A stretch of DNA of 64,000 nucleotides from Candidatus Marisalimonas marina (GTDB lineage Bacteria; Pseudomonadota; Alphaproteobacteria; Puniceispirillales; Marisalimonadaceae), in the NCBI GenBank assembly GCA_038131365.1, contig JAYPPH010000006.1, positions 120,971-184,970 on the forward strand. The letters run 5' to 3'. The translations under genes and the position numbers were made by a program. Under the pieces are notes generated by a model. That model worked only from the letters and a program-made list of their open reading frames with translations. It made no database searches and was not told the DNA's origin. Positions 1 through 9,728 of the stretch are shown here, one piece after another (position 1 is the stretch's first letter; each line of letters starts with the position of its first letter).

Positions 1-802
1 GGGTCTGCTTCACAAATAGCTAATGCAATAGACAAATTTAACGAATTAACTGATCAAACAATTGTTAAAAAACCTGACCTATTAATTGTTGCTAGAGGAG
101 GAGGTAGTCTAGAAGATCTTTGGTCTTTCAATGAAGAGATCGTAGTTAGAGCTGTTTTCAATAGTGCTATTCCTGTCATTTCTGCTGTAGGTCATGAGAC
201 AGATACAACATTAATTGACTTTGTATCAGATTTAAGAGCACCTACACCAACAGGTGCAGCAGAAAAATCAGTTCCAGTAAGAGATGACCTTAGAGCAAGG
301 ATTGGTGAGTTGGATCTAAGACTTAAAACTTCATTTTTTAACAAAATGAATATTAATAAAGATAGACTTAATAGTTTAATAAGACTCTTGGGAAAACCAG
401 ACCAAATTTTTGATAATAAAAACCAAAAGTTAGATTTTGTTTTCAAAGATATTGAAAATTTATTTAAAACTATTTTCACAGAGCAAAAAAATAAAATTAC
501 GCAATATACTCAAAAACTTACTCCTCCTAAAGTACTTATTAATAATCTTGATTCAAAAATTCAGCTTTTGGATACGAAGGTTTAATAATTATTTAGGAAT
601 CTTAATAAAAAACAAAGTTACAAAATTAAATTTTCTAAGTCAGTTATTAGAAGCATCTAGTTTTAATAGAGTGCTTGATAGGGGTTTCGCTCTTGTAATG
701 AATGATAAGGGTAAACCAATTAAATTAAGTAAAGAAGTACCTAAAAAATCAAATATTAAAATTAAGTTTGCAGATGAAATTCGTTCTGCAAAAATTGATT
801 GA
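1..802 (+). CDS. xseA: Exodeoxyribonuclease VII large subunit, 3' part (starts before window), with apparent +1 frameshift near 555-580
   Basis: Frame 1 from base 1 reads ...[19 protein letters not shown]...[29 protein letters not shown] (XseA signature) and stops at 585. Frame 2 continues ...[14 protein letters not shown]..., the typical XseA C-terminus, to 802. Confidence 0.9.
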
Positions 803-869
803 TTAAATTGTTAATGGAAAACAACTATTAAAAAGTTGTATTAAGTAATCACTTCTTAGTTCTGATTAA

Positions 870-1757
870 TTATTTACCCCATCGCCTATGAGCCCATAAC
901 CACTGTTCAGGCTGTTCTTTAATCCAATCTTCTATTCTGGATGAAATCATTTTAGTAATTTGATAAATAGCTTTTTCTTTATCTAGGTTTGAAGGGATTC
1001 TAAGTTTATCTTCAACAGTCATTTTAAACTTTATTCCTTTAAAACGTTCTATTCTAACCATATAAATTGGCACATTCCATTTTAAAGCCATAACAGCAGC
1101 TGCTTGAGGAGTTGGTGTTTTTATACCAAAAAAAGGTACCATAATACCTTCTCTCAATAATTGATCACCAGTTAGACCAATAATCTCCCCAGATTTAAGT
1201 TTGCTTGCCATACCAATTGCAGCTAAACGGCCTTTACGATAGAAATCAGCGTTAGCATCTTTGTTCCTATGAATTTGTATTTTATTTAAAATCCAGTTGT
1301 TTATAGGTCTGAATACATAACCTGCACGTCTTCCTGCAAGGTCACCTACCCTTAAAAGAAATTCCCAATTACCCATATGAGCCCCCACTAGAATAGCAGG
1401 ACCAGTTTTTAGTTTGTCTAAACCGTCCGTTTCTAAATGACCTATCTTTATTAGACGATTTATATGAGGCATTTCCCCAATAGTTTGACCTAGCATAAAC
1501 CAGTGTTGTTTAGTAAGTTTATTAATTTCAGTAATAGATTTTTTGGGGAAAGCAATCTGCATATGCTTTTTAATACGACCGTTATAAGAAGTCATTGGGC
1601 CAACTATATACATCAAGCTACCGCAAAGATAGGATGATAAATTGAAAGGTAACATTTTAAGAATTAAAAATAACGGAATAGCTAAAATAGCAATAATAGG
1701 ATCGTGGATATACCTATCAAATTGTTTTTTTATACGAAAACTTAGAGGGTCAGCCAT
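870..1757 (-). CDS. lpxL: Lipid A biosynthesis late acyltransferase (LpxL/HtrB family)
   Basis: HMGNWE acyltransferase motif, VPFFG, C-terminal QWLWAHRRW; adjacent to lpxK and waaA. Confidence 0.85.
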   Translation of the reverse strand: MADPLSFRIKKQFDRYIHDPIIAILAIPLFLILKMLPFNLSSYLCGSLMYIVGPMTSYNGRIKKHMQIAFPKKSITEINKLTKQHWFMLGQTIGEMPHINRLIKIGHLETDGLDKLKTGPAILVGAHMGNWEFLLRVGDLAGRRAGYVFRPINNWILNKIQIHRNKDANADFYRKGRLAAIGMASKLKSGEIIGLTGDQLLREGIMVPFFGIKTPTPQAAAVMALKWNVPIYMVRIERFKGIKFKMTVEDKLRIPSNLDKEKAIYQITKMISSRIEDWIKEQPEQWLWAHRRWGK

Positions 1758-2743
1758 TTAGTTTCTTTTCCAAAAATATTTCAAAATTTTTCTCATCTTT
1801 TGTATCTAAAGTACTTTCAATTGATAAAACATTTATCTCATTTTTTTTATCTTGAATTTTAACATAGTCTTTTTCAGTTGTTAAAAGTGTTAGGTTTTGA
1901 TTTTTGGCATTTAAAATTAAATTATTAATTTCTTTTTCTGTGTATTGATGATGATCAGGAAATGATTTTTTAGAAATAACATTATACTCATTCTGGTAAA
2001 GTGTATCAAAAAACTTATCAGGATTAGCTAAGGCACAAAATGCAAAAATGTTTGTTGTTTTTGTTTATGGATGATTTAATAATTTTAATAGATGAGTTGA
2101 AAATAGTTTTGTGATTAAATTTATCATTATAATTTATAAACTTTTTATCGTTACCTGTTAAAATGATAGCATCAATATTTTCTAAGCCCTGCTTTGTTGG
2201 CTCTCTAAGTGGCCCAGAAGGAAAACAAAATTCATTTCCAAATTTTAATTTTTTATCAACTAGCAACAATTTAATATCTTGTTCTAATGTATTATTTTGT
2301 AATCCATCATCCATCAAAATTACATTATAATTATTCTTAAGACCCTCGATAAATTTAGCTCCAAGTGATCGATTGGCTGATACTACTGTAGGGCCGACTT
2401 TACTAAGTAATAATGCCTCATCACCAACATCATTAAAATTATGATCAGGTCGGACTTTAACTGGACCTTTTTCTAATCCCTTATATCCTCTTGTTAAAAA
2501 TACAGGTTCATAACCTAACTTTTTTAAAATTTTAAAAGTGTAAATTGTAAAAGGGGTTTTTCCAGTACCCCCAATATTAAGATTACCTACACAAATCACT
2601 TTCAGTTTCGATTTATAAGGTTTAATAAATATTTTTTTAACAAATGAAATTATTATCCAGATTATGGATAAAGGATACAGAGCTAAAGCTATTATGGTAG
2701 ATGATGTATTGTTGTAGTACCAAAATTTTGGTGTTTTAATCAT
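1750..2743 (-). CDS. lpxK: Tetraacyldisaccharide 4'-kinase, with apparent +1 frameshift at the A5 run 2044-2048
   Basis: VICVGNLNIGGTGKTP, LTRGYKG, VGDEALLL, MDDGLQ and FPSGPLREP in ORF 2024-2743. Removing one base gives ...HFAFCALANPDKFF...FPDHHQY...LTTEKDYVKI..., ending TGA at 1750. Confidence 0.92.
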
Positions 2744-2745
2744 TC

Positions 2746-4065
2746 CTAAGCAACATCATTAATTTTATTTTTATGCAATAAACCAAGTAAATAAACACTT
2801 GCTTCGTCTGCACGTTGTTGAGCATAACCTGAAGCAATTAAGCTGTTTTTACCCATATCCTCCAGTCGATCTTTATTACCAAGAAGCTCTATGGTTGTGT
2901 TTAAGAAATTTTTTGTCATTTCAGGATCTTTTTCAATTTGAACTGCTCCTCCAGACCATACTAGGTCCTTAATTTGAGCATCACATTTTTCAGTGTGTGG
3001 TCCCATAATTACTGGTTTACCAAATTGAGAAGCTTCAGATGGGCTATGTCCACCAACAGGAACCATAGATCCGGCAACGTATACTAAATCTGCCGCTTCA
3101 ATAAGCGAACCCATTTCTCCCATTGTATCAGATAAATAAAAAACATCATTTTTATGAGGAAACTCTCCCTTACTTCTGGATTTAATATCAAACCCTGCAG
3201 CTTTAATTCTGTTTTGAATAACAGTACTTCTTTTTATATGGCGGGGAGCAATGATTATTAAAATATCATCATGAGCTTGTTTTCTTAGGAGGTCAGCTAA
3301 TTTTATCATCAACTCTTCCTCACCAGGATGAGTGGATGCAGCTAGTAAAATCTTTTTTTTAATCAAATATTTTTTAAGATTTCTAATATAATTTTCGTCA
3401 ACAGGAGGCTTTTCTGCAATTGATTTTAGGCTAGTTAAACTCTTAACATGTGGTGCGCCTAATTTTTTGAAAAGTAATTCCTGTTTAGGATCTACAGCTA
3501 ATACTTGAGTAACCTGACTGAATATTTTTTTTGCTAAAAAATACCCCAACCCTGTCCAAAATCGGGCAGATTTTTGTGACATTTGTGAAGATGCTAGAAC
3601 TGTTGGAACATTTGACTTTGCTGTTAAATATATTAAATTTGGCCAAAAATCAGATTCTAAAAACACCGCCATGTCAGGTTTCCAATACTTAATAAACTTA
3701 GCAACAAATTTTGGATGGTCATAGGGGTGATATTGATGGATTGCTGGTAATCCTTTTTTAATTTTATCTTTTATTAATTTAGCAGCAGAAAGGGTATTTG
3801 TAGTTAAAAGAAAAAACTCAGTATTATTATCCCCATAGCCATTTTTTTTCATTGAATTTGCTAAAGCTAGTGCAGCGACTGATTCACCAACGCTTGTCCC
3901 ATGGAGCCAAATAATAGTACCATTAGGTCTTTTTTTTCTGGAATTGCCGTATCTTTCGTTAATTCGCTGACCATCTTCTTTACCGTTTTTTTTGCGCCTA
4001 GCCAGATAGTTAGGAAGGAAATATTTTATTATTCCCCATAAAAAATTATAAGTGGTTAGTGTCAT
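2746..4065 (-). CDS. waaA: 3-deoxy-D-manno-octulosonic acid (Kdo) transferase
   Basis: IWLHGTSVGE, ESDFWPNL, AASTHPGEE, APRH, DTMGEM and GGHSPSE motifs; next to lpxK. Confidence 0.93.
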   Translation of the reverse strand: MTLTTYNFLWGIIKYFLPNYLARRKKNGKEDGQRINERYGNSRKKRPNGTIIWLHGTSVGESVAALALANSMKKNGYGDNNTEFFLLTTNTLSAAKLIKDKIKKGLPAIHQYHPYDHPKFVAKFIKYWKPDMAVFLESDFWPNLIYLTAKSNVPTVLASSQMSQKSARFWTGLGYFLAKKIFSQVTQVLAVDPKQELLFKKLGAPHVKSLTSLKSIAEKPPVDENYIRNLKKYLIKKKILLAASTHPGEEELMIKLADLLRKQAHDDILIIIAPRHIKRSTVIQNRIKAAGFDIKSRSKGEFPHKNDVFYLSDTMGEMGSLIEAADLVYVAGSMVPVGGHSPSEASQFGKPVIMGPHTEKCDAQIKDLVWSGGAVQIEKDPEMTKNFLNTTIELLGNKDRLEDMGKNSLIASGYAQQRADEASVYLLGLLHKNKINDVA

Positions 4066-4085
4066 TTATAATCTCACTCAAAAAA

Positions 4086-4757
4086 TCAATTTGTTTTATC
4101 ATAAACAAGTTTAGTAAGTCTTTTAATTTCATTTTGCAGGTTTTTTGTAGCTTTTTTTATCTCATCCTCATTCATTTTTTTCTCAACATATATCGGATTT
4201 CCAAAGCTATAAAAACCTTTTGAAAATGGAAATGGTAAGACAAAGTTGTCCCAAGAATTAAAAACTTTATATCTGTTAGTAGACCAAACTAGTGGAATTA
4301 TAGGTTTTTGAGTAATTTGTGCTAATTTTATAATACCTTCTTTTACTACCTCTTTAGGTCCTTTAGGACCATCAGGAGTAATAGCTACACTTTCACCGGA
4401 CTGTATGCATTTAACCATTTTTCTAAAGGCTTGCATACCACCCTTTTTTGAAGATCCTAGTATCACTTTCATACCTAAATACTGGAATGCCAGTGAGGTA
4501 ATCATCCCATCTGAATGACTTGATTGAAGAGCATTGATAACTCTATTTCTTGGTAATAGGTGAGGACCTAAAAAGAGTCTATTATGCCAGCAACAGAAAA
4601 TATATTCTTGATCATTATTAAAAATATTTGATTTTTCATTTTCAACTAAATATGTCCATCTTATTGATTTGCATACCAAACTTGTTATAAAATAAAAAAG
4701 AAAACCAATAAATTTTTGGCCAAAATTAGTTTTACTAAAACGTTTTATGATACGCAT
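4086..4757 (-). CDS. DUF374 family (LpxJ-like) lysophospholipid/lipid A acyltransferase
   Basis: CCWHNRL, SHSDG, ITPDGPKGP and NSWDNFVLPFPFS motifs typical of DUF374; directly upstream of waaA. Confidence 0.8.
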   Translation of the reverse strand: MRIIKRFSKTNFGQKFIGFLFYFITSLVCKSIRWTYLVENEKSNIFNNDQEYIFCCWHNRLFLGPHLLPRNRVINALQSSHSDGMITSLAFQYLGMKVILGSSKKGGMQAFRKMVKCIQSGESVAITPDGPKGPKEVVKEGIIKLAQITQKPIIPLVWSTNRYKVFNSWDNFVLPFPFSKGFYSFGNPIYVEKKMNEDEIKKATKNLQNEIKRLTKLVYDKTN

Positions 4758-4884
4758 TTATCATTCCAAACTTTTATATTTTGAGTAAATGTTTTGAAAA
4801 AATCTAAACAAAACAAAATAATTACCTATATATACATATCATTTATATAATAAGTTAACATAAAGTTTTATATTATATCGGAAT

Positions 4885-6654
4885 ATGATGGATAAGGATA
4901 AAAATATAAATAAGAGCGCTAAATTAATCCTTAAAGATTTTTTTAATGATTTTGCATCGAAGTATCTTGTTGATATAATCATAGCCTTTTTTCTATTGAT
5001 CTTAGTAGCAGCCACAGCTTCTGTGTATCCTTATCTAATTCAACAGGTATTTGATGGTTTGTTGGATAACAAAAACAGTGATTGGCTAGTTCTACCCTTT
5101 ATTATTGCTGTTGTAGCTATTATTCGTGGGGTAGCAATGTTTTTCCAGATAAGACAAGTCTCAAAAATATCATTATCAATTTCTGTTGATATACAAAAAA
5201 AATTGTCAAAACATCTTATCAATAGTGATTTGATGACTCTTAATAAATTTTCTTCAGGAAATCATGTTTCTAGGATAATTAATGACGTCACTCTGATTAG
5301 GGATGGTTTTGAGAGAAGTATAAATAATTTAATAAGAGATACTTTAACGATCATAGCGTTAATGTCATATCTTATATGGTTGGATTGGCTTTTATCTATT
5401 TTGGTTTTTATTATTTATCCTATTGCTCTTAAGCCAATTTTTAACATTGGTAAAAAACAAAAAACGATTGCGACATCTCTGCAAGAGCAAATGGAAACTG
5501 TCACGTCTACCTTAACTGAAATGTTACAAGGTATAAGAATGGTTAAATCTTATAATCTTGAAACAACTGAAATTAAAAGGTCAGAAAATGTTCTAAATGA
5601 GTTATTTACAAGAATGTATAATTTGGTAATTGGAAGGGCAAAAGTATTGCCTATTCTTGAGATCTTAGGGGGAGTAGCCGCTGCATGTGTTATTGGATTG
5701 GCTAGCTATAGAGTTACAATAGGAGAGTTGACTCCTGGTAGTGTTGTTGGTTACGTAACCGCTTTACTCATGATTGCTCAACCAGCAAGAGCTTTAGGGA
5801 CGTTTAACACTGTATTTCAAGAGGCTTTGTCTGCTTTGGACAGAATATATATCCAGTTAAGTGTTGTCCCTAAAATTAATAGCTTGAATTCCTCTCCAAT
5901 ATTTAAGTTAGCTAAAAACAAACCGCCCAATATAATTTTTAAAAACGTTAATTTTTCATATAATCAAAAATCTAAAGTCTTAGATAATATAAACTTTGCT
6001 ATTAAAGGGGGGTCAAACGTTGCCTTGGTTGGCCAGAGTGGTGCAGGAAAATCATCAATAATAAATTTAATATCACGATTTTATGATCCATTATCTGGAG
6101 ATATTCTCATAAATGATCAGGAAATAAGTAAAGTAGATATTGCCTCACTTAGGAAGAACATTGCTTTAGTAAGCCAGGATACAATAATATATAATCAAAG
6201 CTTTATGAATAATATCAGAATTGGTAGATTAGAAGCTACGGAAAACGAAATTATTAAAGCAGCGAAGAGTGCCGATATTCATGATTTTATTAATGCCTCT
6301 CCGCAAGGTTACAATACTGTATTGGAAGAGAATGGTAATAATTTATCAGGAGGTCAAAAACAAAGAATTTCGATCGCCAGGGCTATTTTGAAAGATGCAC
6401 CTATTCTTTTATTAGATGAAGCAACAAGTTCATTGGATGCTGAAACAGAAAAACAAGTCACAGAAACTTTAAGAAAGATATCAAAAAATAAAACATCTAT
6501 TACTATTACCCATAAATTATCAAATGCAGTTAATGCTGATCAAATAATTTTATTTAGTAAAGGGAAAGTTTTGAGTGTTGGAAACCATCATGAGTTAATG
6601 AAAAAATCAAAAACATATAAAAATTTATATGATAGTAGCGCTAAGAATAATTAA
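4885..6654 (+). CDS. msbA: ABC transporter fused permease/ATPase, MsbA-like lipid A flippase
   Basis: N-terminal TM domain, Walker A GQSGAGKSS, LSGGQKQR signature, LLLDEATSSLD; located in lipid A cluster. Confidence 0.75.
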   Translation: MMDKDKNINKSAKLILKDFFNDFASKYLVDIIIAFFLLILVAATASVYPYLIQQVFDGLLDNKNSDWLVLPFIIAVVAIIRGVAMFFQIRQVSKISLSISVDIQKKLSKHLINSDLMTLNKFSSGNHVSRIINDVTLIRDGFERSINNLIRDTLTIIALMSYLIWLDWLLSILVFIIYPIALKPIFNIGKKQKTIATSLQEQMETVTSTLTEMLQGIRMVKSYNLETTEIKRSENVLNELFTRMYNLVIGRAKVLPILEILGGVAAACVIGLASYRVTIGELTPGSVVGYVTALLMIAQPARALGTFNTVFQEALSALDRIYIQLSVVPKINSLNSSPIFKLAKNKPPNIIFKNVNFSYNQKSKVLDNINFAIKGGSNVALVGQSGAGKSSIINLISRFYDPLSGDILINDQEISKVDIASLRKNIALVSQDTIIYNQSFMNNIRIGRLEATENEIIKAAKSADIHDFINASPQGYNTVLEENGNNLSGGQKQRISIARAILKDAPILLLDEATSSLDAETEKQVTETLRKISKNKTSITITHKLSNAVNADQIILFSKGKVLSVGNHHELMKKSKTYKNLYDSSAKNN

Positions 6655-7314
6655 CTACTCTCGTTTTAAAATATCATCTACCAATCTATTAACCCACCAT
6701 ATAGATCTAAAGTTTTTTTCTAGTTGAATTGGTTCATACTTTTTACTAACCCAATCTAAAAGCTTTATTTTATTTTTTTTATATTCATTGATGTACTCAT
6801 GAACAAAAGCATCTAAAACACCAGGTTTTGCCCACTTAATATGTAAATATTTCCATGAGAGTTGTTGTTTTGCCTTTTGTATTTCTGGTTTTTTTTGGAG
6901 TAAAAAATATAAAGCGCACATTATACCTGCTCTATCAGCACCTGACTTACAATGTATGAGTGCCGGATATTCAATATCTTTAAATAATTTATCGGCTTCA
7001 AAAATCATTTCTTTTTCTGGTGCCGCCCGCGATCTAGCTCTGAAGTCAATTAATTTAATTTTATATTTTTCACAGGCTTCATTTTCCAACAACCATCCGC
7101 CGTCTTTTCTGATACCCCTAAGGTTAATAATTGTTTTTATTCCTAGCTGACTATATTTTTTTATTCTTAGAGGGGTAGGCATATTTGATCTGTAGAGTTT
7201 CTCATCAATTTTATGAAAGTTGTTGTAACATAGCCTCAAGAAACCATGGTCTTTTATAATCATGTCAAACCATGCTAAAAATCTATTAAATTGTTCCTCT
7301 TTTTTTTCTGTCAA
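6655..7314 (-). CDS. Cys-dependent dual-specificity/tyrosine phosphatase family protein
   Basis: HCKSGADRAG = C(X)5R P-loop, preceded by LYRS and TIINLRG segments typical of the family. Confidence 0.85.
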   Translation of the reverse strand: MTEKKEEQFNRFLAWFDMIIKDHGFLRLCYNNFHKIDEKLYRSNMPTPLRIKKYSQLGIKTIINLRGIRKDGGWLLENEACEKYKIKLIDFRARSRAAPEKEMIFEADKLFKDIEYPALIHCKSGADRAGIMCALYFLLQKKPEIQKAKQQLSWKYLHIKWAKPGVLDAFVHEYINEYKKNKIKLLDWVSKKYEPIQLEKNFRSIWWVNRLVDDILKRE

Positions 7315-7318
7315 TCAA

Positions 7319-8677
7319 TTAATTCCCTGCTATGGTCATGCCTTCAATTAATAATGTTGGGCAATTTATGGACTGGTTATAATCAAGGTCATTTGCAGGA
7401 ATGATAGTCATAAACATCTCTTTTAAATTTCCAGCGATAGTTGCCTCTGTAATTGGCTGAGACAATTGACCATTTTTTATCCAAAAGCCACTTGCCCCTC
7501 TACTATAATCACCTGTGACCATTGATATACTACTGCCAATCATGTCAGTTATATAGAGGCCATCTTTAACGTTTGAAATTAAAACCTCGGGTGTTTCTTT
7601 CCCATTCATTAATGTTAAGTTTGTAGTCCCAGGTGATGGAGGGCCACTAATACCGCGTTTGGCATTCCCAGTAGGTTTTAAATTGAGTTGTTTTGCTGAT
7701 GATAAGTCTAATAGCCATTGGCGTAACACACCGTCTTTAATTAGAGTTTGTTTTGATGTGCCTAAACCTTCACCATCAAATAACCTTGAACTTAAGCCTC
7801 TTTTAAGTAATGGATCATCTACTAAATTGATTGACGCATTAGCAACTTTTTTTTCAAGCATATCTTTAAGGAAACTTGTTTGACGTGTTATAGCAGAGCC
7901 ATTAATTGCTGATGCAAAATGACTGGCAATTGATCGAGACACTCTCGGGTCAAATATTACAGGATATTTGCCAGTTACTGGTTTAACTGCTCCCATTCTA
8001 GCTAAAGTTTTTTTTGCAGCTTCAATTCCAACTTCTTTTGGGCTTTTTAAATCTTCAGCAAAGACTTTTGAAGAATAATCGTAGTCCCTTTCCATTTTTC
8101 CATCTTTTTCGGCTATGACAACAACGCTAATACTGTGGTTAGATTTTTTTGAGCTGCCTAGAAACCCATTTGAAGTCATTAAGAGTGTTTCGCCTTCACC
8201 CCATGATGCGTCTGCACCATCACTATTAGTAATGCCTTTTACGCTTAAAGCTGCTTCTTCAATTTCAGATGCTCTTTGTCTAATAGTCTCAATATTAGGT
8301 TCATTGGCATCATAACTATCTATTGATAAATTTTTATGAATTGGAAATTCTTTTAGAGTTTCTTGATCAGCAATTAAGCTGAATTTGTCTTCAGGAGCAA
8401 TTTTAGCCATTTCAACAGCTCTGCATGCTACATCTTTGATAGAACTCTCAGAACTTTCATTTGTCGAAACTGATGCTATTTTATTACCAACGAATACCCT
8501 CAAGCCAGTATCAAAATCTTCATATCTTTCAATAGTTTCATCTTTGCCTAATCTTCTTGTTAGTGATACGCCTCTACTTCTAGATAAAACACAATCTGCT
8601 GCTGTCGCTCCTTGTTTTATGGCTGTATCAATGAGCAGGTTCATTATGTCAGTGTCATTAAGCTTTTGAGCACTCAT
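7319..8677 (-). CDS. pmbA: TldE/PmbA family metalloprotease subunit
   Basis: FDGEGL, DYSRGASGFW, EATIAGNL, PTLLIEGMTIAG; lacks the TldD HExxGH motif. Confidence 0.9.
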   Translation of the reverse strand: MSAQKLNDTDIMNLLIDTAIKQGATAADCVLSRSRGVSLTRRLGKDETIERYEDFDTGLRVFVGNKIASVSTNESSESSIKDVACRAVEMAKIAPEDKFSLIADQETLKEFPIHKNLSIDSYDANEPNIETIRQRASEIEEAALSVKGITNSDGADASWGEGETLLMTSNGFLGSSKKSNHSISVVVIAEKDGKMERDYDYSSKVFAEDLKSPKEVGIEAAKKTLARMGAVKPVTGKYPVIFDPRVSRSIASHFASAINGSAITRQTSFLKDMLEKKVANASINLVDDPLLKRGLSSRLFDGEGLGTSKQTLIKDGVLRQWLLDLSSAKQLNLKPTGNAKRGISGPPSPGTTNLTLMNGKETPEVLISNVKDGLYITDMIGSSISMVTGDYSRGASGFWIKNGQLSQPITEATIAGNLKEMFMTIIPANDLDYNQSINCPTLLIEGMTIAGN

Positions 8678-8776
8678 TTTTTAAAATCCTAAAAATAAAT
8701 TACAAAAATTTACATTTGAGTTATTAATATAGTGTTTTAGTTGTTGCAACGTTAATAAATATTTTAAAAGGATAAA

Positions 8777-9721
8777 ATGAAAAAAAATATTTTTATTGAT
8801 GGTGAAAGCGGTACCACTGGCTTGCAAGTATATGAAAGGTTGAATAAACATCCTTATGTAAATATCTTACCGATTGATAACGAAAGAAGGAAAAGTACTT
8901 CTTATAAAAAGGAGATGTTAGCTTCTTGTGATATTGCGTTCTTATGCCTTCCAGATAAAAGTGCAATTGAAACGGTTGAAATCGCAGACCAACTTGGGAA
9001 CGAATCTCCTGTTATCATAGATGCTTCGACTGCGCACAGGACTAATATAGACTGGGCATATGGTCTTCCAGAGTTAGGGCAAAATTATAAAAATAAAATT
9101 TTAGAATCTAAAAGAATAGCTGTTCCTGGATGTTATCCAACTGGAGCTAACCTCATTATCAAACCATTGATTGATTATAAATATATTTCATCTAATAACC
9201 CTTTCATTATAAGTGCAGTTAGCGGGTATTCTGGTGGAGGTAAAGACCTTATTAGATATTTTAAGGAAGAAGATCATGAACCTTTTTTTACTTATGGACT
9301 TAATTTAGATCACAAGCATTTACCTGAGATTAAATTTCACAATAACTTGTCATTAGATCCTATTTTTATGCCATCTGTAGGTGATTTTATCCAGGGCATG
9401 ATAGTTTCTATCCCATTACATTTTTCTTCATTTATTAAAAAAGTAGATACAGAAACAATACAAACTTTCATGGAAGAATTTTATTTAGATTCAAAGTTTG
9501 TGTCGGTATTGAAAAAAAATGAAGGTTTAAATTCCAAAGGTTATCTTAGGCCCGATAATTTAGTAAATACTAATTTCCTAGATATAAGCGTTTTTGGAAA
9601 TGATAAAAATGAGCAACTTGTTATATCTTCTAGATTGGATAACTTAGGCAAGGGCGCATCTGGGGCCGCTATTCAGTGTATGAATTTGGTTTTAGGTTAT
9701 GATGAAGCTTTAGGTTTATAA
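8777..9721 (+). CDS. argC: N-acetyl-gamma-glutamyl-phosphate reductase (type 2)
   Basis: IFIDGESGTTGL, IIDASTAHR, AVPGCYPTG, SGYSGGGK, DNLGKGASGAA. Confidence 0.95.
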   Translation: MKKNIFIDGESGTTGLQVYERLNKHPYVNILPIDNERRKSTSYKKEMLASCDIAFLCLPDKSAIETVEIADQLGNESPVIIDASTAHRTNIDWAYGLPELGQNYKNKILESKRIAVPGCYPTGANLIIKPLIDYKYISSNNPFIISAVSGYSGGGKDLIRYFKEEDHEPFFTYGLNLDHKHLPEIKFHNNLSLDPIFMPSVGDFIQGMIVSIPLHFSSFIKKVDTETIQTFMEEFYLDSKFVSVLKKNEGLNSKGYLRPDNLVNTNFLDISVFGNDKNEQLVISSRLDNLGKGASGAAIQCMNLVLGYDEALGL

Positions 9722-9728
9722 AGTATCT

